A stretch of DNA of 64,000 nt. Source: Auanema rhodensis. Taxonomy: Eukaryota; Animalia; Nematoda. The position numbers were made by a program, and so were the translations under genes. The notes under the pieces were generated by a model. The model searched no databases. It had not been told where the DNA came from and saw nothing but the letters and a program-made list of their open reading frames with translations. Positions 12,681-26,400 of this stretch are shown in pieces (the first letter of the stretch is position 1; every line of letters begins with the position of its first letter). The stretch spans positions 21,142,001-21,206,000 of the forward strand of contig OZ059900.1 in assembly GCA_964057225.1 (NCBI GenBank), written 5' to 3'.

Positions 12681-15600
12681 AAGGGGCGTGCCCTCAGAAT
12701 ATGCTAATTTCCTTAATTTTCTAACCCCTGTTTTTTTGTCGTGAAAGTGGAACTAGACGTTGTACGAACAATTTTGAGCTGGGTTTCATTGACATTGCAT
12801 GAGTTTGAACACATGAAATCGTAAGTCAAAACCTTGTTTACAGCGAAATTTCCAAAAACTGGTTTTCCAGCATAATAAAATATTTCTCATGGGAAATACT
12901 GTGTTTTTGTATTTTTCTAGTGTTCAGCATGTAAAATGCTTCATTTTAGTATGTAACACGCTGAAATTCGTTGCATTTGACGACTCATATGAACAAAAAT
13001 CGATTTAATCAATATTAGCCATAAGGGGCGTGCCCTCAGAATATGCTAATTTCCTTAATTTTCTAACCCCTGTTTTTTTGTCGTGAAAGTGGAACTAGAC
13101 GTTGTACGAACAATTTTGAGCTAGGTTTCATTGACATTGCATGAGTTTGAACACATGAAATCGTAAGTCAAAACCTTGTTTACAGCGAAATTTCCAAAAA
13201 CTGGTTTTCCAGCATAATAAAATATTTCTCATGGGAAATACTGTGTTTTTGTATTTTTCTAGTGTTCAGCATGTAAAATGCTTCATTTTAGTATGTAACA
13301 CGCTGAAATTCGTTGCATTTGACGACTCATATGAACAAAAATCGATTTAATCAATATTAGCCATAAGGGGCGTGCCCTCAGAATATGCTAATTTCCTTAA
13401 TTTTCTAACCCCTGTTTTTTTGTCGTGAAAGTGGAACTAGACGTTGTACGAACAATTTTGAGCTGGGTTTCATTGACATTGCATGAGTTTGAACACATGA
13501 AATCGTAAGTCAAAACCTTGTTTACAGCGAAATTTCCAAAAACTGGTTTTCCAGCATAATAAAATATTTCTCATGGGAAATACTGTGTTTTTGTATTTTT
13601 CTAGTGTTCAGCATGTAAAATGCTTCATTTTAGTATGTAACACGCTGAAATTCGTTGCATTTGACGACTCATATGAACAAAAATCGATTTAATCAATATT
13701 AGCCATAAGGGGCGTGCCCTCAGAATATGCTAATTTCCTTAATTTTCTAACCCCTGTTTTTTTGTCGTGAAAGTGGAACTAGACGTTGTACGAACAATTT
13801 TGAGCTAGGTTTCATTGACATTGCATGAGTTTGAACACATGAAATCGTAAGTCAAAACCTTGTTTACAGCGAAATTTCCAAAAACTGGTTTTCCAGCATA
13901 ATAAAATATTTCTCATGGGAAATACTGTGTTTTTGTATTTTTCTAGTGTTCAGCATGTAAAATGCTTCATTTTAGTATGTAACACGCTGAAATTCGTTGC
14001 ATTTGACGACTCATATGAACAAAAATCGATTTAATCAATATTAGCCATAAGGGGCGTGCCCTCAGAATATGCTAATTTCCTTAATTTTCTAACCCCTGTT
14101 TTTTTGTCGTGAAAGTGGAACTAGACGTTGTACGAACAATTTTGAGCTGGGTTTCATTGACATTGCATGAGTTTGAACACATGAAATCGTAAGTCAAAAC
14201 CTTGTTTACAGCGAAATTTCCAAAAACTGGTTTTCCAGCATAATAAAATATTTCTCATGGGAAATACTGTGTTTTTGTATTTTTCTAGTGTTCAGCATGT
14301 AAAATGCTTCATTTTAGTATGTAACACGCTGAAATTCGTTGCATTTGACGACTCATATGAACAAAAATCGATTTAATCAATATTAGCCATAAGGGGCGTG
14401 CCCTCAGAATATGCTAATTTCCTTAATTTTCTAACCCCTGTTTTTTAGTCGTGAAAGTGGAACTAGACGTTGTACGAACAATTTTGAGCTAGGTTTCATT
14501 GACATTGCATGAGTTTGAACACATGAAATCGTAAGTCAAAACCTTGTTTACAGCGAAATTTCCAAAAACTGGTTTTCCAGCATAATAAAATATTTCTCAT
14601 GGGAAATACTGTGTTTTTGTATTTTTCTAGTGTTCAGCATGTAAAATGCTTCATTTTAGTATGTAACACGCTGAAATTCGTTGCATTTGACGACTCATAT
14701 GAACAAAAATCGATTTAATCAATATTAGCCATAAGGGGCGTGCCCTCAGAATATGCTAATTTCCTTAATTTTCTAACCCCTGTTTTTTTGTCGTGAAAGT
14801 GGAACTAGACGTTGTACGAACAATTTTGAGCTAGGTTTCATTGACATTGCATGAGTTTGAACACATGAAATCGTAAGTCAAAACCTTGTTTACAGCGAAA
14901 TTTCCAAAAACTGGTTTTCCAGCATAATAAAATATTTCTCATGGGAAATACTGTGTTTTTGTATTTTTCTAGTGTTCAGCATGTAAAATGCTTCATTTTA
15001 GTATGTAACACGCTGAAATTCGTTGCATTTGACGACTCATATGAACAAAAATCGATTTAATCAATATTAGCCATAAGGGGCGTGCCCTCAGAATATGCTA
15101 ATTTCCTTAATTTTCTAACCCCTGTTTTTTTGTCGTGAAAGTGGAACTAGACGTTGTACGAACAATTTTGAGCTGGGTTTCATTGACATTGCATGAGTTT
15201 GAACACATGAAATCGTAAGTCAAAACCTTGTTTACAGCGAAATTTCCAAAAACTGGTTTTCCAGCATAATAAAATATTTCTCATGGGAAATACTGTGTTT
15301 TTGTATTTTTCTAGTGTTCAGCATGTAAAATGCTTCATTTTAGTATGTAACACGCTGAAATTCGTTGCATTTGACGACTCATATGAACAAAAATCGATTT
15401 AATCAATATTAGCCATAAGGGGCGTGCCCTCAGAATATGCTAATTTCCTTAATTTTCTAACCCCTGTTTTTTTGTCGTGAAAGTGGAACTAGACGTTGTA
15501 CGAACAATTTTGAGCTAGGTTTCATTGACATTGCATGAGTTTGAACACATGAAATCGTAAGTCAAAACCTTGTTTACAGCGAAATTTCCAAAAACTGGTT

Positions 15601-17119
15601 TTCCAGCATAATAAAATATTTCTCATGGGAAATACTGTGTTTTTGTATTTTTCTAGTGTTCAGCATGTGAAATGCTTCATTTTAGTATGTAACACGCTGA
15701 AATTCGTTGCATTTGACGACTCATATGAACAAAAATCGATTTAATCAATATTAGCCATAAGGGGCGTGCCCTCAGAATATGCTAATTTCCTTAATTTTCT
15801 AACCCCTGTTTTTTTGTCGTGAAAGTGGAACTAGACGTTGTACGAACAATTTTGAGCTGGGTTTCATTGACATTGCATGAGTTTGAACACATGAAATCGT
15901 AAGTCAAAACCTTGTTTACAGCGAAATTTCCAAAAACTGGTTTTCCAGCATAATAAAATATTTCTCATGGGAAATACTGTGTTTTTGTATTTTTCTAGTG
16001 TTCAGCATGTAAAATGCTTCATTTTAGTATGTAACACGCTGAAATTCGTTGCATTTGACGACTCATATGAACAAAAATCGATTTAATCAATATTAGCCAT
16101 AAGGGGCGTGCCCTCAGAATATGCTAATTTCCTTAATTTTCTAACCCCTGTTTTTTTGTCGTGAAAGTGGAACTAGACGTTGTACGAACAATTTTGAGCT
16201 AGGTTTCATTGACATTGCATGAGTTTGAACACATGAAATCGTAAGTCAAAACCTTGTTTACAGCGAAATTTCCAAAAACTGGTTTTCCAGCATAATAAAA
16301 TATTTCTCATGGGAAATACTGTGTTTTTGTATTTTTCTAGTGTTCAGCATGTAAAATGCTTCATTTTAGTATGTAACACGCTGAAATTCGTTGCATTTGA
16401 CGACTCATATGAACAAAAATCGATTTAATCAATATTAGCCATAAGGGGCGTGCCCTCAGAATATGCTAATTTCCTTAATTTTCTAACCCCTGTTTTTTAG
16501 TCGTGAAAGTGGAACTAGACGTTGTACGAACAATTTTGAGCTAGGTTTCATTGACATTGCATGAGTTTGAACACATGAAATCGTAAGTCAAAACCTTGTT
16601 TACAGCGAAATTTCCAAAAACTGGTTTTCCAGCATAATAAAATATTTCTCATGGGAAATACTGTGTTTTTGTATTTTTCTAGTGTTCAGCATGTAAAATG
16701 CTTCATTTTAGTATGTAACACGCTGAAATTCGTTGCATTTGACGACTCATATGAACAAAAATCGATTTAATCAATATTAGCCATAAGGGGCGTGCCCTCA
16801 GAATATGCTAATTTCCTTAATTTTCTAACCCCTGTTTTTTTGTCGTGAAAGTGGAACTAGACGTTGTACGAACAATTTTGAGCTAGGTTTCATTGACATT
16901 GCATGAGTTTGAACACATGAAATCGTAAGTCAAAACCTTGTTTACAGCGAAATTTCCAAAAACTGGTTTTCCAGCATAATAAAATATTTCTCATGGGAAA
17001 TACTGTGTTTTTGTATTTTTCTAGTGTTCAGCATGTGAAATGCTTCATTTTAGTATGTAACACGCTGAAATTCGTTGCATTTGACGACTCATATGAACAA
17101 AAACCGATTTAATCAATAT

Positions 17120-20100
17120 TAGCCATAAAGGGCGTGCCCTCAGAATATGCTAATTTCCTTAATTTTCTAACCCCTGTTTTTTTGTCGTGAAAGTGGAACT
17201 AGACGTTGTAGGAACAATTTTGAGCTAGGTTTCATTGACATTGCATGAGTTTGAACACATGAAATCGTAAGTCAAAACCTTGTTTACAGCGAAATTTCCA
17301 AAAACTGGTTTTCCAGCATAATAAAATATTTCTCATGGGAAATACTGTGTTTTTGTATTTTTCTAGTGTTCAGCATGTAAAATGCTTCATTTTAGTATGT
17401 AACACGCTGAAATTCGTTGCATTTGACGACTCATATGAACAAAAATCGATTTAATCAATATTAGCCATAAGGGGCGTGCCCTCAGAATATGCTAATTTCC
17501 TTAATTTTCTAACCCCTGTTTTTTTGTCGTGAAAGTGGAACTAGACGTTGTACGAACAATTTTGAGCTGGGTTTCATTGACATTGCATGAGTTTGAACAC
17601 ATGAAATCGTAAGTCAAAACCTTGTTTACAGCGAAATTTCCAAAAACTGGTTTTCCAGCATAATAAAATATTTCTCATGGGAAATACTGTGTTTTTGTAT
17701 TTTTCTAGTGTTCAGCATGTAAAATGCTTCATTTTAGTATGTAACACGCTGAAATTCGTTGCATTTGACGACTCATATGAACAAAAATCGATTTAATCAA
17801 TATTAGCCATAAGGGGCGTGCCCTCAGAATATGCTAATTTCCTTAATTTTCTAACCCCTGTTTTTTAGTCGTGAAAGTGGAACTAGACGTTGTACGAACA
17901 ATTTTGAGCTAGGTTTCATTGACATTGCATGAGTTTGAACACATGAAATCGTAAGTCAAAACCTTGTTTACAGCGAAATTTCCAAAAACTGGTTTTCCAG
18001 CATAATAAAATATTTCTCATGGGAAATACTGTGTTTTTGTATTTTTCTAGTGTTCAGCATGTAAAATGCTTCATTTTAGTATGTAACACGCTGAAATTCG
18101 TTGCATTTGACGACTCATATGAACAAAAATCGATTTAATCAATATTAGCCATAAAGGGCGTGCCCTCAGAATATGCTAATTTCCTTAATTTTCTAACCCC
18201 TGTTTTTTTGTCGTGAAAGTGGAACTAGACATTGTATTAACAATTTTGAGCTAGGTTTCATTGACATTGCATGAGTTTGAACACATGAAATCGTAAGTCA
18301 AAACCTTGTTTACAGCGAAATTTCCAAAAACTGGTTTTCCAGCATAATAAAATATTTCTCATGGGCATTACTGTGTTTTTGTATTTTTCTAGTGTTCAGC
18401 ATGTAAAATGGTTCATTTTAGTATGTAACACGCTGAAATTCGTTGCATTTGACGAATCATATGAACAAAAATCGATTTAATCAATATTAGCCATAAGGGG
18501 CGTGCCCTCAGAATATGCTAATTTCCTTAATTTTCTAACCCCTGTTTTTTTGTCGTGAAAGTGGAACTAGACGTTGTACGAACAATTTTGAGCTAGGTTT
18601 CATTGACATTGCATGAGTTTGAACACATGAAATCGTAAGTCAAAACCTTGTTTACAGCGAAATTTCCAAAAACTGGTTTTCCAGCATAATAAAATATTTC
18701 TCATGGGTATTACTGTGTTTTTGTATTTTTCTAGTGTTCAGCATGTGAAATGCTTCATTTTAGTATGTAACACGCTGAAATTCGTTGCATTTGACGACTC
18801 ATATGAACAAAAATCGATTTAATCAATATTAGCCATAAGGGGCGTGCCCTCAGAATATGCTAATTTCCTTAATTTTCTAACCCCTGTTTTTTTGTCGTGA
18901 AAGTGGAACTAGACGTTGTACGAACAATTTTGAGCTAGGTTTCATTGACATTGCATGAGTTTGAACAAATGAAATCGTAAGTCAAAACCTTGTTTACAGC
19001 GAAATTTCCAAAAACTGGTTTTCCAGCATAATAAAATATTTCTCATGGGAAATACTGTGTTTTTGTATTTTTCTAGTGTTCAGCATGTAAAATGCTTCAT
19101 TTTAGTATGTAACACGCTGAAATTCGTTGCATTTGACGACTCATATGAACAAAAATCGATTTAATCAATATTAGCCATAAGGGGCGTGCCCTCAGAATAT
19201 GCTAATTTCCTTAATTTTCTAACCCCTGTTTTTTTGTCGTGAAAGTGGAACTAGACGTTGTACGAACAATTTTGAGCTGGGTTTCATTGACATTGCATGA
19301 GTTTGAACACATGAAATCGTAAGTCAAAACCTTGTTTACAGCGAAATTTCCAAAAACTGGTTTTCCAGCATAATAAAATATTTCTCATGAGAAATACTGT
19401 GTTTTTGTATTTTTCTAGTGTTCAGCATGTAAAATGCTTCATTTTAGTATGTAACACGCTGAAATTCGTTGCATTTGACGACTCATATGAACAAAAATCG
19501 ATTTAATCAATATTAGCCATAAAGGGCGTGCCCTCAGAATATGCTAATTTCCTTAATTTTCTAACCCCTGTTTTTTTGTCGTGAAAGTGGAACTAGACGT
19601 TGTAGGAACAATTTTGAGCTAGGTTTCATTGACATTGCATGAGTTTGAACACATGAAATCGTAAGTAAAAACCTTGTTTACAGCGAAATTTCCAAAAACT
19701 GGTTTTCCAGCATAATAAAATATTTCTCATGGGAAATACTGTGTTTTTGTATTTTTCTAGTGTTCAGCATGTAAAATGCTTCATTTTAGTATGTAACACG
19801 CTGAAATTCGTTGCATTTGACGACTCATATGAACAAAAATCGATTTAATCAATATTAGCCATAAGGGGCGTGCCCTCAGAATATGCTAATTTCCTTAATT
19901 TTCTAACCCCTGTTTTTTTGTCGTGAAAGTGGAACTAGACGTTGTACGAACAATTTTGAGCTGGGTTTCATTGACATTGCATGAGTTTGAACACATGAAA
20001 TCGTAAGTCAAAACCTTGTTTACAGCGAAATTTCCAAAAACTGGTTTTCCAGCATAATAAAATATTTCTCATGGGAAATACTGTGTTTTTGTATTTTTCT

Positions 20101-21150
20101 AGTGTTCAGCATGTAAAATGCTTCATTTTAGTATGTAACACGCTGAAATTCGTTGCATTTGACGACTCATATGAACAAAAATCGATTTAATCAATATTAG
20201 CCATAAGGGGCGTGCCCTCAGAATATGCTAATTTCCTTAATTTTCTAACCCCTGTTTTTTAGTCGTGAAAGTGGAACTAGACGTTGTACGAACAATTTTG
20301 AGCTAGGTTTCATTGACATTGCATGAGTTTGAACACATGAAATCGTAAGTCAAAACCTTGTTTACAGCGAAATTTCCAAAAACTGGTTTTCCAGCATAAT
20401 AAAATATTTCTCATGGGAAATACTGTGTTTTTGTATTTTTCTAGTGTTCAGCATGTAAAATGCTTCATTTTAGTATGTAACACGCTGAAATTCGTTGCAT
20501 TTGACGACTCATATGAACAAAAATCGATTTAATCAATATTAGCCATAAAGGGCGTGCCCTCAGAATATGCTAATTTCCTTATTTTTCTAACCCCTGTTTT
20601 TTTGTCGTGAAAGTGGAACTAGACATTGTATTAACAATTTTGAGCTAGGTTTCATTGACATTGCATGAGTTTGAACACATGAAATCGTAAGTCAAAACCT
20701 TGTTTACAGCGAAATTTCCAAAAACTGGTTTTCCAGCATAATAAAATATTTCTCATGGGTATTACTGTGTTTTTGTATTTTTCTAGTGTTCAGCATGTAA
20801 AATGGTTCATTTTAGTATGTAACACGCTGAAATTCGTTGCATTTGACGAATCATATGAACAAAAATCGATTTAATCAATATTAGCCATAAGGGGCGTGCC
20901 CTCAGAATATGCTAATTTCCTTAATTTTCTAACCCCTGTTTTTTTGTCGTGAAAGTGGAACTAGACGTTGTACGAACAATTTTGAGCTAGGTTTCATTGA
21001 CATTGCATGAGTTTGAACACATGAAATCGTAAGTCAAAACCTTGTTTACAGCGAAATTTCCAAAAACTGGTTTTCCAGCATAATAAAATATTTCTCATGG
21101 GTATTACTGTGTTTTTGTATTTTTCTAGTGTTCAGCATGTGAAATGCTTC
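17120..21150 (-). repeat. Higher-order duplication with a 7-monomer (2394 bp) offset; edges approximate
   Basis: Private variants AAAATGGTTC and GACGAATCAT (18456/20850), and GACATTGTATTAAC (18231/20625). Confidence 0.85.
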
Positions 21151-23489
21151 ATTTTAGTATGTAACACGCTGAAATTCGTTGCATTTGACGACTCATATGA
21201 ACAAAAATCGATTTAATCAATATTAGCCATAAGGGGCGTGCCCTCAGAATATGCTAATTTCCTTAATTTTCTAACCCCTGTTTTTTTGTCGTGAAAGTGG
21301 AACTAGACGTTGTACGAACAATTTTGAGCTAGGATTCATTGACATTGCATGAGTTTGAACACATGAAATCGTAAGTCAAAACCTTGTTTACAGCGAAATT
21401 TCCAAAAACTGGTTTTCCAGCATAATAAAATATTTCTCATGGGAAATACTGTGTTTTTGTATTTTTCTAGTGTTCAGCATGTAAAATGCTTCATTTTAGT
21501 ATGTAACACGCTGAAATTCGTTGCATTTGACGACTCATATGAACAAAAATCGATTTAATCAATATTAGCCATAAGGGGCGTGCCCTCAGAATATGCTAAT
21601 TTCCTTAATTTTCTAACCCCTGTTTTTTTGTCGTGAAAGTGGAACTAGACGTTGTACGAACAATTTTGAGCTGGGTTTCATTGACATTGCATGAGTTTGA
21701 ACACATGAAATCGTAAGTCAAAACCTTGTTTACAGCGAAATTTCCAAAAACTGGTTTTCCAGCATAATAAAATATTTCTCATGGGTATTACTGTGTTTTT
21801 GTATTTTTCTAGTGTTCAGCATGTGAAATGCTTCATTTTAGTATGTAACACGCTGAAATTCGTTGCATTTGACGACTCATATGAACAAAAATCGATTTAA
21901 TCAATATTAGCCATAAGGGGCGTGCCCTCAGAATATGCTAATTTCCTTAATTTTCTAACCCCTGTTTTTTTGTAGTGAAAGTGGAACTAGACGTTGTACG
22001 AACAATTTTGAGCTAGGTTTCATTGACATTGCATGAGTTTGAACACATGAAATCGTAAGTCAAAACCTTGTTTACAGCGAAATTTCCAAAAACTGGTTTT
22101 CCAGCATAATAAAATATTTCTCATGGGAAATACTGTGTTTTTGTATTTTTCTAGTGTTCAGCATGTAAAATGCTTCATTTTAGTATGTAACACGCTGAAA
22201 TTCGTTGCATTTGACGACTCATATGAACAAAAATCGATTTAATCAATATTAGCCATAAGGGGCGTGCCCTCAGAATATGCTAATTTCCTTAATTTTCTAA
22301 CCCCTGTTTTTTTGTCGTGAAAGTGGAACTAGACGTTGTACGAACAATTTTGAGCTGGGTTTCATTGACATTGCATGAGTTTGAACACATGAAATCGTAA
22401 GTCAAAACCTTGTTTACAGCGAAATTTCCAAAAACTGGTTTTCCAGCATAATAAAATATTTCTCATGAGAAATACTGTGTTTTTGTATTTTTCTAGTGTT
22501 CAGCATGTAAAATGCTTCATTTTAGTATGTAACACGCTGAAATTCGTTGCATTTGACGACTCATATGAACAAAAATCGATTTAATCAATATTAGCCATAG
22601 GGGGCGTGCCCTCAGAATATGCTAATTTCCTTAATTTTCTAACCCCTGTTTTTTTGTCGTGAAAGTGGAACTAGACGTTGTACGAACAATTTTGAGCTGG
22701 GTTTCATTGACATTGCATGAGTTTGAACACATGAAATCGTAAGTCAAAACCTTGTTTACAGCGAAATTTCCAAAAACTGGTTTTCCAGCATAATAAAATA
22801 TTTCTCATGGGAAATACTGTGTTTTTGTATTTTTCTAGTGTTCATCATGTAAAATGCTTCATTTTAGTATGTAACACGCTGAAATTCGTTGCATTTGACG
22901 ACTCATATGAACAAAAATCGATTTAATCAATATTAGCCATAAGGGGCGTGCCCTCAGAATATGCTAATTTCCTTAATTTTCTAACCCCTGTTTTTTAGTC
23001 GTGAAAGTGGAACTAGACGTTGTACGAACAATTTTGAGCTAGGTTTCATTGACATTGCATGAGTTTGAACACATGAAATCGTAAGTCAAAACCTTGTTTA
23101 CAGCGAAATTTCCAAAAACTGGTTTTCCAGCATAATAAAATATTTCTCATGGGAAATACTGTGTTTTTGTATTTTTCTAGTGTTCAGCATGTAAAATGCT
23201 TCATTTTAGTATGTAACACGCTGAAATTCGTTGCATTTGACGACTCATATGAACAAAAATCGATTTAATCAATATTAGCCATAAAGGGCGTGCCCTCAGA
23301 ATATGCTAATTTCCTTAATTTTCTAACCCCTGTTTTTTTGTCGTGAAAGTGGAACTAGACATTGTATTAACAATTTTGAGCTAGGTTTCATTGACATTGC
23401 ATGAGTTTGAACACATGAAATCGTAAGTCAAAACCTTGTTTACAGCGAAATTTCCAAAAACTGGTTTTCCAGCATAATAAAATATTTCT

Positions 23490-26400
23490 CATGGGTATTA
23501 CTGTGTTTTTGTATTTTTCTAGTGTTCAGCATGTAAAATGCTTCATTTTAGTATGTAACACGCTGAAATTCGTTGCATTTGACGACTCATATGAACAAAA
23601 ATCGATTTAATCAATATTAGCCATAAGGGGCGTGCCCTCAGAATATGCTAATTTCCTTAATTTTCTAACCCCTGTTTTTTTGTCGTGAAAGTGGAACTAG
23701 ACGTTGTACGAACAATTTTGAGCTAGGTTTCATTGACATTGCATGAGTTTGAACACATGAAATCGTAAGTCAAAACCTTGTTTACAGCGAAATTTCCAAA
23801 AACTGGTTTTCCAGCATAATAAAATATTTCTCATGGGAAATACTGTGTTTTTGTATTTTTCTAGTGTTCAGCATGTAAAATGCTTCATTTTAGTATGTAA
23901 CACGCTGAAATTCGTTGCATTTGACGACTCATATGAACAAAAATCGATTTAATCAATATTAGCCATAAGGGGCGTGCCCTCAGAATATGCTAATTTCCTT
24001 AATTTTCTAACCCCTGTTTTTTTGTCGTGAAAGTGGAACCAGACGTTGTACGAACAATTTTGAGCTAGGTTTCATTGACATTGCATGAGTTTGAACACAT
24101 GAAATCGTAAGTCAAAACCTTGTTTACAGCGAAATTTCCAAAAACTGGTTTTCCAGCATAATAAAATATTTCTCATGGGAAATACTGTGTTTTTGTATTT
24201 TTCTAGTGTTCAGCATGTGAAATGCTTCATTTTAGTATGTAACACGCTGAAATTCGTTGCATTTGACGACTCATATGAACAAAAATCGATTTAATCAATA
24301 TTAGCCATAAGGGGCGTGCCCTCAGAATATGCTAATTTCCTTAATTTTCTAACCCCTGTTTTTTAGTCGTGAAAGTGGAACTAGACGTTGTACGAACAAT
24401 TTTGAGCTAGGTTTCATTGACATTGCATGAGTTTGAACACATGAAATCGTAAGTCAAAACCTTGTTTACAGCGAAATTTCCAAAAACTGGTTTTCCAGCA
24501 TAATAAAATATTTCTCATGGGAAATACTGTGTTTTTGTATTTTTCTAGTGTTCAGCATGTAAAATGCTTCATTTTAGTATGTAACACGCTGAAATTCGTT
24601 GCATTTGACGACTCATATGAACAAAAATCGATTTAATCAATATTAGCCATAAAGGGCGTGCCCTCAGAATATGCTAATTTCCTTAATTTTCTAACCCCTG
24701 TTTTTTTGTCGTGAAAGTGGAACTAGACATTGTATTAACAATTTTGAGCTAGGTTTCATTGACATTGCATGAGTTTGAACACATGAAATCGTAAGTCAAA
24801 ACCTTGTTTACAGCGAAATTTCCAAAAACTGGTTTTCCAGCATAATAAAATATTTCTCATGGGTATTACTGTGTTTTTGTATTTTTCTAGTGTTCAGCAT
24901 GTAAAATGCTTCATTTTAGTATGTAACACGCTGAAATTCGTTGCATTTGACGACTCATATGAACAAAAATCGATTTAATCAATATTAGCCATAAGGGGCG
25001 TGCCCTCAGAATATGCTAATTTCCTTAATTTTCTAACCCCTGTTTTTTTGTCGTGAAAGTGGAACTAGACGTTGTACGAACAATTTTGAGCTAGGTTTCA
25101 TTGACATTGCATGAGTTTGAACACATGAAATCGTAAGTCAAAACCTTGTTTACAGCGAAATTTCCAAAAACTGGTTTTCCAGCATAATAAAATATTTCTC
25201 ATGGGAAATACTGTGTTTTTGTATTTTTCTAGTGTTCAGCATGTAAAATGCTTCATTTTAGTATGTAACACGCTGAAATTCGTTGCATTTGACGACTCAT
25301 ATGAACAAAAATCGATTTAATCAATATTAGCCATAAGGGGCGTGCCCTCAGAATATGCTAATTTCCTTAATTTTCTAACCCCTGTTTTTTAGTCGTGAAA
25401 GTGGAACTAGACGTTGTACGAACAATTTTGAGCTAGGTTTCATTGACATTGCATGAGTTTGAACACATGAAATCGTAAGTCAAAACCTTGTTTACAGCGA
25501 AATTTCCAAAAACTGGTTTTCCAGCATAATAAAATATTTCTCATGGGAAATACTGTGTTTTTGTATTTTTCTAGTGTTCAGCATGTAAAATGCTTCATTT
25601 TAGTATGTAACACGCTGAAATTCGTTGCATTTGACGACTCATATGAACAAAAATCGATTTAATCAATATTAGCCATAAAGGGCGTGCCCTCAGAATATGC
25701 TAATTTCCTTAATTTTCTAACCCCTGTTTTTTTGTCGTGAAAGTGGAACTAGACATTGTATTAACAATTTTGAGCTAGGTTTCATTGACATTGCATGAGT
25801 TTGAACACATGAAATCGTAAGTCAAAACCTTGTTTACAGCGAAATTTCCAAAAACTGGTTTTCCAGCATAATAAAATATTTCTCATGGGTATTACTGTGT
25901 TTTTGTATTTTTCTAGTGTTCAGCATGTAAAATGCTTCATTTTAGTATGTAACACGCTGAAATTCGTTGCATTTGACGACTCATATGAACAAAAATCGAT
26001 TTAATCAATATTAGCCATAAGGGGCGTGCCCTCAGAATATGCTAATTTCCTTAATTTTCTAACCCCTGTTTTTTTGTCGTGAAAGTGGAACTAGACGTTG
26101 TACGAACAATTTTGAGCTAGGTTTCATTGACATTGCATGAGTTTGAACACATGAAATCGTAAGTCAAAACCTTGTTTACAGCGAAATTTCCAAAAACTGG
26201 TTTTCCAGCATAATAAAATATTTCTCATGGGAAATACTGTGTTTTTGTATTTTTCTAGTGTTCAGCATGTAAAATGCTTCATTTTAGTATGTAACACGCT
26301 GAAATTCGTTGCATTTGACGACTCATATGAACAAAAATCGATTTAATCAATATTAGCCATAAGGGGCGTGCCCTCAGAATATGCTAATTTCCTTAATTTT

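Noticed and set aside
12565-12800. Read fold-back chimera at J1
   Set aside because: Variants on the two arms are not mirrored and the reversed block has its own private variant set. Raw-read confirmation is still needed.
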